Positions 55,472 to 62,378 of a stretch of 64,000 nucleotides of DNA are shown one piece after another. The DNA is from a virus. A model generated the notes under the pieces. That model did no database searches. It had not been told where the DNA came from and was given only the letters and a program-made list of their open reading frames with translations. The DNA is taken from positions 1 through 64,000 of IMG/VR virus record IMGVR_UViG_3300045988_102159; one strand, written 5' to 3'. The translations under genes were made by a program, and so were the position numbers. Position 1 is the stretch's first letter. Each line of letters opens with the position of its first letter.

Positions 55472-55852
55472 TTAAGCGGTTCGATACCAGATGAAGCAAG
55501 TTGTGTAGGGCGGCAAGTTGTTGTGTGCTGCCCCCCCCCCTGTAAAGTTACCTTGATTGTCATTCGCTGATAAATAATTACTACTGCTATTAGAGCAGGT
55601 CACGCTAGAACCACCAAAAGCTGATGCCCATGTTGATACCCATAATCTATGATGATGATTAGGCATTTCATCAATAGTCAAGGTATGCGTTGCTTCGCCG
55701 CCAGTTTGATTTGCAGTATCAGCACCATAAAGGAATGTCTTAATCTGTGTCCATGTACCACCAATAAAATCAGCAGGTGATGTTGCATCCATGCTTTGAT
55801 AAATTGAGCCTACTGGATATACAATATCCAATAGGTTTACAAAATTACTCAT
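55472..55852 (-). CDS. receptor-tip (tail-collar-like) paralog 3, containing an in-frame G10 tract
   Basis: 126 aa: MSNFVNLLDIVYPVGSIYQS...GGEATHTLTIDEMPNHHH...FTGGGAAHNNLPPY...WYRTA. The GGG codons come from the homopolymer. Confidence 0.7.
   Translation of the reverse strand: MSNFVNLLDIVYPVGSIYQSMDATSPADFIGGTWTQIKTFLYGADTANQTGGEATHTLTIDEMPNHHHRLWVSTWASAFGGSSVTCSNSSSNYLSANDNQGNFTGGGAAHNNLPPYTTCFIWYRTA
55531..55540 (-). repeat. homopolymer C10 (G10 on the coding strand)
   Basis: Counted directly: ten consecutive C, inside paralog 3. Confidence 0.95.
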
Positions 55853-55896
55853 TTATATCCTTTCTAATTTAATAGAAAGAATATTATAAAATCTTC

Positions 55897-56352
55897 TTAG
55901 GCTGTTCTCTTATATACATTTATAGAATAGTGATATGGAATATGTTGCTGTTGGTCTGTTACAAAATTACCATTATCATCAATTCTCCAAGTATCTTTAG
56001 TCCACAAATTCCAACCAGAATCGCCGCCATCTGCTCCGCCATATGACAAGAATTGCCATGCGTTGCCAGTAGCAGCATTAGTGAGCCAAAAACCAATATT
56101 GGCGTATTGCGCCTTAGCACTATGCCAAGCAAAAACCTGGTGTTGATGGTCTGGAATGGCGAGCTTAGAAATCGTATCACTGCCAGAAAAACGCCCAGCT
56201 AAACTGTAAGTATCGCCACTTGCCGCAAGCAAGCAATTTTCAATTTGTTCCCAAGTTCCGCCGATAGAATCAGCAGGAGAAGTGGCATTGGTAGTAATAT
56301 AGATACTTCCAACTGGATAAATAATGTCAAGAAGATTTACAAAATTAGACAT
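55897..56352 (-). CDS. receptor-tip (tail-collar-like) paralog 2
   Basis: 151 aa: MSNFVNLLDIIYPVGSIYITTNATSPADSIGGTWEQI...PDHQHQ...NVYKRTA. Confidence 0.7.
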   Translation of the reverse strand: MSNFVNLLDIIYPVGSIYITTNATSPADSIGGTWEQIENCLLAASGDTYSLAGRFSGSDTISKLAIPDHQHQVFAWHSAKAQYANIGFWLTNAATGNAWQFLSYGGADGGDSGWNLWTKDTWRIDDNGNFVTDQQQHIPYHYSINVYKRTA

Positions 56353-56396
56353 GGCAAACCACCATGCCTAGAACAGCCATTGAAGAAGAAGCTACA

Positions 56397-56444
56397 TTAC
56401 TGTAGCCCCCCCCAATGACTGTGATTAGTCATTAAGTTTTTCAT
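56397..56444 (-). CDS. leader mini-ORF b (15 codons in the present phase)
   Basis: MKNLMTNHSHWGGLQ, RBS aaaggat. Homologous to mini-ORF a around M-x-N-H-(S/T)-x-x-G-G. Confidence 0.4.
   Translation of the reverse strand: MKNLMTNHSHWGGLQ
56406..56413 (-). repeat. homopolymer C8 (G8 on the coding strand)
   Basis: Counted directly: eight consecutive C, inside the mini-ORF upstream of paralog 2. Confidence 0.95.
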
Positions 56445-56487
56445 AATATCCTTTCATTTAGGATATTAGATAAGTTAATGTGAGTAA

Positions 56488-56886
56488 TTATGCGGTTCTA
56501 CGATACATATGAACTGTTATATATGGTGGCATATTATTATGAGCTTGGCTACCGCCCCTAACTGGATTCGCTGTTATATCCGTATTGCCACCGCCGCCTG
56601 AGACGCCGCCTATGCTATAACCTCCTGAATTGAAATTATAAGATACAGACCAGGCCCATACATTGTCTCTAAACTCGTGATGATGCGCAGGAATTTCATT
56701 AATAGTTAGCTTGTGCGTTTCTTCGCCACCAGTAATACCAGTGGTACCAGCAGAGCCATACAAGAAAGTATTTTCTAATAATTCCCATGTGCCGCCAATA
56801 ACATCTGTCGGAGACGTTTCATTGAATGTTATATATACGCTGCCAACTGGATATATGATATCAAGCAGATTTACAAAATTACTCAT
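56488..56886 (-). CDS. receptor-tip (tail-collar-like) paralog 1
   Basis: 132 aa: MSNFVNLLDIIYPVGSVYITFNETSPTDVIGGTWELL...GGEETHKLTINEIPAHHH...AHNNMPPY...MYRRTA. RBS aggagg. Confidence 0.7.
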   Translation of the reverse strand: MSNFVNLLDIIYPVGSVYITFNETSPTDVIGGTWELLENTFLYGSAGTTGITGGEETHKLTINEIPAHHHEFRDNVWAWSVSYNFNSGGYSIGGVSGGGGNTDITANPVRGGSQAHNNMPPYITVHMYRRTA

Positions 56887-56909
56887 ATAACCCTCCTAGG
56901 TCGAGAGCA

Positions 56910-56966
56910 TTAACTAAGAGGAATGCCCCCCCCCAGAAGAGTATGATTCTTCATGGTATCTAACAT
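56910..56966 (-). CDS. leader mini-ORF a (18 codons in the present phase)
   Basis: MLDTMKNHTLLGGGIPLS, RBS aaaggt. Confidence 0.4.
   Translation of the reverse strand: MLDTMKNHTLLGGGIPLS
56926..56934 (-). repeat. homopolymer C9 (G9 on the coding strand)
   Basis: Counted directly: nine consecutive C, inside the mini-ORF upstream of paralog 1. Confidence 0.95.
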
Positions 56967-57100
56967 CTTTAATTACCTTTCTTATATAATGTTAAATAAA
57001 ATTTTAATAATCTATTGGAAAAGCTCCGCAGAAATTAATTCATTAAACTTATTCACATAAAACTCCTTTTCTTTCTTAGAATTATATTCTATATCTATAT

Positions 57101-57135
57101 GAAAAAAGGGCAAAACCCATAATAGGATTTTGCCC
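57101..57135 (-). terminator. intrinsic terminator opening the tip-gene array
   Basis: On the minus strand, a gggcaaaa/ttttgccc stem followed by tttttt, immediately after the 509-aa fibre gene. Confidence 0.7.
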
Positions 57136-57144
57136 AAAACTATA

Positions 57145-58674
57145 TTAGATTTTAACCCATAGTTTAATATGCTCTTCTGTAGGAGTATCAGTGCCAACAT
57201 ATACAGTACCAACATCATCCGCAAGTTTAGAATTAGTAACAGCTTTATCTGCAATTTTAGCAGACGTAACTTTACCGTCACCAATAGTAGTAGTCATTGT
57301 AATAGGATTTACTGTATTAAAACTTGTGGTAGATGTTGTGATATCACCACTTAATGCAACAGTATTATTAAACTTGTTCGCAGATTGAGCATTGGTGGCG
57401 CTAGTCGCATTACCCTCTACATTACCAGTTAGATTGCCGACAAACTTTGTGGCATATACATAGCTCCATTTAGCATTAGAAGCACCAAGATTATAAGAGT
57501 TATCAACGCTTGGTGTCATTGTTCGGCCAATCAGATTACCAGTTAAAGTACCGCCAGATAGCTTTAAATAGCTTGTATCGTGATTGTGGTTAGCAGTTGC
57601 AGCGCCGATATTAGCGCAAGTAAGATTAACGTTACCCTTACGATAACTTGTCTCAGCATCGCCCTTAACACCCATGACCTCGCCAGCGATTTGCCATGTA
57701 CCATCTCCACAAAGGAACTTATTGTGATTTCCAGCCGCAGGAGCCGGGACAAGACCAGCATTTCCAGCAGAAGAAGCAGTAGCACCTTTCATTATATCTG
57801 GTTTAGTGTTATCTACATCAAACGAAACAGCAGAAGACCCATCAAAAGTAATAGCTTGAGTAGTTGTAGTAGTACCTGTACCGCTAATAAGATTTACTGA
57901 TAAACTATGACTAACTTTACCAGCAGTAGTAGCATTAGTAGCATTATCTGCATTGGCAGCATGAGTGGCTTCAAGCGCTGTACCAGCTTTGTACTCTTGG
58001 TATCCTGCATCAGAATTTAGTTTACTATCATCAACGACAATATACATAACACCAGTATCATCTTGGATAACACTATCGCCAGTCTGTACTTGAGTGTTAG
58101 TTAATTGAAAACGTGCAGTTTTATTTGCAACATGGACTAATCGCTCTAATGCACCGTGTGGAATTGTATTTAAAGGTAACACTCCAGTGACACTTGCGGC
58201 ATCAATTGATGGAATTGTAATAGAGATATTTCCAGAACCATCAAAATTAGCACTGCCTGTGCCACCATTATTGCCGCCTTTAACGCTAATTGAGCGTGCG
58301 TTTTTTAATTTTGTAGCAGTATCAGCATTACCAGTAACGTTACCAGTAAGATTTCCAGTGAATCCGCCATTACCAGTAACCCTACCTGCGAAAGTCGTAG
58401 GAGAGGTAACTGATTGCGCGTTAGTAGTTGTCTTATCTAACTTATTATTTGCGTTATCATTAACAGCCTTTACTGCTTTTGGTGTCGCGGCAACAACTCC
58501 TGTAGCTGCACTATCTGTAGCATCTATAGCATCCGAAAGCCAGACTTCACCGCGCTTGTTGTTGGTAGCATCTGGCGCAACGTAAATCGGCCTATATGTT
58601 TTAAGCGTAGGGTCATACACTTTGGCAACAAAATTATTTTTCATTGTAGAATCATTTGGATTACCTTTAGCCAT
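57145..58674 (-). CDS. tail fibre protein (long)
   Basis: 509 aa. NKRGEVWLSDAIDATDSAATGVVAATPKAVKAV and SAGNAGLVPAPAAGNHNKFLCGDGTWQ are typical fibre motifs. Repeated GNLTGNV. Ends KLWVKI. Confidence 0.7.
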   Translation of the reverse strand: MAKGNPNDSTMKNNFVAKVYDPTLKTYRPIYVAPDATNNKRGEVWLSDAIDATDSAATGVVAATPKAVKAVNDNANNKLDKTTTNAQSVTSPTTFAGRVTGNGGFTGNLTGNVTGNADTATKLKNARSISVKGGNNGGTGSANFDGSGNISITIPSIDAASVTGVLPLNTIPHGALERLVHVANKTARFQLTNTQVQTGDSVIQDDTGVMYIVVDDSKLNSDAGYQEYKAGTALEATHAANADNATNATTAGKVSHSLSVNLISGTGTTTTTQAITFDGSSAVSFDVDNTKPDIMKGATASSAGNAGLVPAPAAGNHNKFLCGDGTWQIAGEVMGVKGDAETSYRKGNVNLTCANIGAATANHNHDTSYLKLSGGTLTGNLIGRTMTPSVDNSYNLGASNAKWSYVYATKFVGNLTGNVEGNATSATNAQSANKFNNTVALSGDITTSTTSFNTVNPITMTTTIGDGKVTSAKIADKAVTNSKLADDVGTVYVGTDTPTEEHIKLWVKI

Positions 58675-58685
58675 TCGCTACCTCC

Positions 58686-59039
58686 TTACTCATTAGCATC
58701 TTTATAGATAACGTCTACAATTGTCTCTGGCGGCATACTCTTCTCAAAAGTGAATTTTAGCTTTGAACCAAAATCACCATCAAACTCAAGAATACCTGTT
58801 TCATTCACTTTATATGAAAATTCACTCTCGTTCGTAGTGATTGTAATATCATAATCAGGAATTTGCGGGAACAGGAGAAGTTCTTCTTTACCTTCATTTA
58901 ACGCACGATATTCAGAATACGCAATAGGCTGACGCTTTGGAATCTGAATACCAATATGCACATAAGAATTACCCGCACCAGCATTAAATGTATGACTTGA
59001 TTTTATGGAAAATGGACCTTTAATTTGTTCAAGTTTCAT
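58686..59039 (-). CDS. hypothetical structural protein
   Basis: 117-aa ORF, tightly packed with its neighbours. Confidence 0.5.
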   Translation of the reverse strand: MKLEQIKGPFSIKSSHTFNAGAGNSYVHIGIQIPKRQPIAYSEYRALNEGKEELLLFPQIPDYDITITTNESEFSYKVNETGILEFDGDFGSKLKFTFEKSMPPETIVDVIYKDANE

Positions 59040-59041
59040 AT

Positions 59042-61357
59042 CTATGCTCCAAACTGATAGGTACTAGACCAATAGGAAGGAATTGCATTGTCTGAAACTG
59101 TTACAGAATTCTGCAAGAAAGCAAGACCTTCTGATGTTAAAGTTTTAAGGCTCTCGTAACTGGCCGCACTTTCATCCATTAGCTTTACATCACGCATACC
59201 AGTATCCGCAATCTTACCAAGATAATACCACGTACTTAAATTATAATCAAATGCATAAAACTCTTTATCGCTCTTGGCATCATCTTGCGGTTGATAGGTA
59301 ACAATTTTGCCTAAATTAGATTGGCCACCGGGCTGATTTTGCGCACCCGTAAGACCGAACGGGAATTCACGATTTAAATAAGTAATAATATCTGCATCAG
59401 TAAGTCCTGCGGCAGTTAATTGTGCTTTAGTAATATTAAAGCCAATTAGAATACCAGCTTGGTCTTTAATAGTGCCAAGGTCTTTCCAGTATACATCTAC
59501 ACCATAATCAGGAATAGAGGTATCATATTTCATTGCATCGTTATTTGAAATCCAACCATCTGTTGCAACTTTGACACGATGCGATGGGTCACTATAAAGA
59601 ACAAATAGATGCCAGTCGGAAGGACGAACTACAAGACGCTCAATTGAATTAATCGGTTCACTAACTTTAACAGGATTTGGATTGCTATTATATTTTACCC
59701 AAATATTCTTATCAGCATTGATACCTTCGTCCATATAAATTGATTGAACTGTGGTAATCTTATAATTCTCGCCACCATCAGAGGTTTTTAATGTAATTTC
59801 TTCACCAGTATTGAATACAAGTGTAGTTTCACCAATATCATTAACACGTGCGGCAGTTAAGAGTTTTAATTTTGCTGGGCTGATTTTATCGCCAGTAGTC
59901 GTGTTAATTGTAATCTGACCATTTGCTTGATTAATCGTAATATCTTTTACCCAAGTCAGTCTATTTTGAGCAGCAATACCACCATCATTAAAGGTACAAA
60001 CAAAATCGCCAGTATTTTCATCTAGCGAAACAGAGCTAATCCATCGAATGTGTTTAAGTATTTTTTTACCGCTAGCAGGCACTTTTCCTCCGTCAGTTCC
60101 TGCAAAGGTTCCGATAACATCGCCGTTATCTTGAATCTCAAGACCCTTTACCCATGTAAGGTCTGTCTCATATGCTGGCGAATCATTATTGAAATCCATC
60201 TTGAAATGACCGCCTGCGGCACCATCGCCAGTAGATAGAGCAACTCCTGTTACCCATTTAATTTTCTTGGTAAATACAGTGTCATCATTATGAGTATAAG
60301 ATACAGTTAAAGTACCTTTATCATCAACGGTAATATTTTTGATGATATTAAAATCACCCAGATAAATTAAAATTGGGTCTGGGTTAACCTGTTTATCATA
60401 AATATATAATTCATATACTACAATCTGACGATGTTTAGCAATATCGTCTTCCATATCAATACCGTTGGCATCATCCGTATAATCAGCAGTGCCTTTAACG
60501 GTCGCAAGACCAGTAATTGGGTCAACGATAATATTTTTTGTAGAATAAACTTTACCACGCATCTCGTCAGTCATTTTAATAACTTTAAGATTACGTAATG
60601 TATCACCTTTTAAGCCTTTTGGAATACCCATATCCCAGTATTCCCAGAATGGATGTGTCTTATCATCAATGCGGCTAATAGAAGTCATATCAGCATCTTT
60701 TTTAATATTACCTGCCGCATCATATTGAGAAACTGCGTGAGCCTTATAGTCAATTACTGTATATGGAAACTTCATTCCTACATAGAACCAAGAATCCGCG
60801 TCTTCATCGTCCTTGCGGATATTGACCCATGTATATTCAATGTCATCGTTGAAAGATTCCCCGTCTTTACCAGGAACTAGTGTACGATTTTGAACATTAA
60901 ATTTAAAATCTTTTTTAAGCGTACCGCCAACATCTTGCCAATTACCGCTAGCATCTTGTTTCCAATTGGTAACAACAGTGCCGTCAGCGTTTTGGCTGAC
61001 TGGATACCTGCGATAAGTGTTCTCTTCAAGAGTCTTTGTTGAAATCTTTTCTACATTATCAATCGTGTCTACTTGGAAGAAAGGCGTTCCGCTAGACGGA
61101 CCAACGATTTGTCCAATTGCAATACTGCCAGCTGTCTGCGCATTCTGATAGTCTAAGCCGCGTCTAAAAATTTTTCCGTTATCAGGATGGTTCTTATTTT
61201 TCGTGGAGATAAGGCAATACTCGCCGTACCAGACTTCGGTGAAATTACTACCTTGCGAGAACTTCTGCTTCATCTCGTCTACGGAACTAAAAGAAGCCTT
61301 GATTACAAAGCTAACTCCTTCATGTCCACCATAAAGTGAATTCATCAGTCTATTCAC
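59042..61357 (-). CDS. large baseplate or tail structural protein
   Basis: 771-aa ORF whose start overlaps the upstream gene by 8 nt. No catalytic motif recognised. Confidence 0.5.
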   Translation of the reverse strand: MNRLMNSLYGGHEGVSFVIKASFSSVDEMKQKFSQGSNFTEVWYGEYCLISTKNKNHPDNGKIFRRGLDYQNAQTAGSIAIGQIVGPSSGTPFFQVDTIDNVEKISTKTLEENTYRRYPVSQNADGTVVTNWKQDASGNWQDVGGTLKKDFKFNVQNRTLVPGKDGESFNDDIEYTWVNIRKDDEDADSWFYVGMKFPYTVIDYKAHAVSQYDAAGNIKKDADMTSISRIDDKTHPFWEYWDMGIPKGLKGDTLRNLKVIKMTDEMRGKVYSTKNIIVDPITGLATVKGTADYTDDANGIDMEDDIAKHRQIVVYELYIYDKQVNPDPILIYLGDFNIIKNITVDDKGTLTVSYTHNDDTVFTKKIKWVTGVALSTGDGAAGGHFKMDFNNDSPAYETDLTWVKGLEIQDNGDVIGTFAGTDGGKVPASGKKILKHIRWISSVSLDENTGDFVCTFNDGGIAAQNRLTWVKDITINQANGQITINTTTGDKISPAKLKLLTAARVNDIGETTLVFNTGEEITLKTSDGGENYKITTVQSIYMDEGINADKNIWVKYNSNPNPVKVSEPINSIERLVVRPSDWHLFVLYSDPSHRVKVATDGWISNNDAMKYDTSIPDYGVDVYWKDLGTIKDQAGILIGFNITKAQLTAAGLTDADIITYLNREFPFGLTGAQNQPGGQSNLGKIVTYQPQDDAKSDKEFYAFDYNLSTWYYLGKIADTGMRDVKLMDESAASYESLKTLTSEGLAFLQNSVTVSDNAIPSYWSSTYQFGA

Positions 61358-62297
61358 CTACCTCTTCTGTGTCTTTATTTGAGAATTCATAGTCTACTGT
61401 GAATGAATCATTAAAATCACGAGCGACTACACCAAGAGAAGAAATAGGAACTTCTGATAGCTCATAAAATCCACTTGGTCCAATTTTAATCTCTTCGCCG
61501 TTAATAGCCATCATCAAACCGGAATGGCCCCAAACGCCAATCCTGTCTAGATTCGCATTTGAATTCATGCTATTAACAAGATTGTTTACTTTATAAAGTT
61601 CACATACAGTTTTATCAATATCTAGTATGCGGCCATATTCAGTACCATTCTGTGTAGTATGCTGAATATTATAATCCTCAGATTGCCTTGTCATAGACAA
61701 AACAATAGATACAAAACTTTCTTCTATTGGTCTAAAAATCATTTCAAATAAGCCGTATCTCTCGCTAACATCAGTTTTCCATGATGCAGTAAGAGCTACG
61801 ATATTACACTTATCTGTCTGTTCATATCCTGTGCTACCTGTACCAAGATAATATTTTTTATCTGTTTCTCGATAATACAATGCACCATTGATATTGCTTT
61901 GCCCATATTTAAGAGGAATCATGGCATTTATGCTGCCATCTTTTTTCTCGTATAGAGCAACACTATATACATTAGTCCCGTCTCCACCAGCATTAACATT
62001 AACGGTCTTGATATACTGATAAGAACCTTGATTAGTATCCTTATTTTTCATTAGCTTAATAGTGAATTCCATAGAATAGTTCATGTCTTGCGGAATCTTC
62101 ACTTTTAAATAATAATCTTGACCTTTTGAAAACTGCTCGTCGGGAATGATAGCAACATCTTTGAAACCTGTATTTTTTTCATCTAATCCAGTAATATCAA
62201 TGTTGGAGCTTACATATTCTTTCTTGAAAGACATACTTGTAATACAATTACTACTTGCACCAGCATATCTATACTGACCGATATTTGTGGTCGCCAT
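61350..62297 (-). CDS. baseplate or tail structural protein
   Basis: 315-aa ORF with RBS aaggagg. Confidence 0.5.
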   Translation of the reverse strand: MATTNIGQYRYAGASSNCITSMSFKKEYVSSNIDITGLDEKNTGFKDVAIIPDEQFSKGQDYYLKVKIPQDMNYSMEFTIKLMKNKDTNQGSYQYIKTVNVNAGGDGTNVYSVALYEKKDGSINAMIPLKYGQSNINGALYYRETDKKYYLGTGSTGYEQTDKCNIVALTASWKTDVSERYGLFEMIFRPIEESFVSIVLSMTRQSEDYNIQHTTQNGTEYGRILDIDKTVCELYKVNNLVNSMNSNANLDRIGVWGHSGLMMAINGEEIKIGPSGFYELSEVPISSLGVVARDFNDSFTVDYEFSNKDTEEVGE

Positions 62298-62335
62298 TTC
62301 CCCTCCTTTTATCTCTAAAACATAACCTAATATAA

Positions 62336-62375
62336 AATAAAAAATAGGGCAAACCGATTATACGGTTTTGCCCTA
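62336..62375 (-). terminator. intrinsic terminator
   Basis: On the minus strand, a tagggcaaaaccg/cggtttgcccta stem (one bulge) followed by tttttt. Confidence 0.65.
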
Positions 62376-62378
62376 TTA

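Noticed and set aside
56880-57100. The homopolymers acting as variable promoter spacers for the tip genes
   Set aside because: I found no convincing -35 and -10 pair flanking either upstream tract. Both tracts lie at the same position of homologous mini-ORFs, which favours a translational mechanism. This is not formally excluded.
57012-57284. 90-aa minus-strand ORF crossing the fibre gene stop and its terminator
   Set aside because: It is in an alternative frame of the fibre C-terminus and runs through a terminator hairpin.
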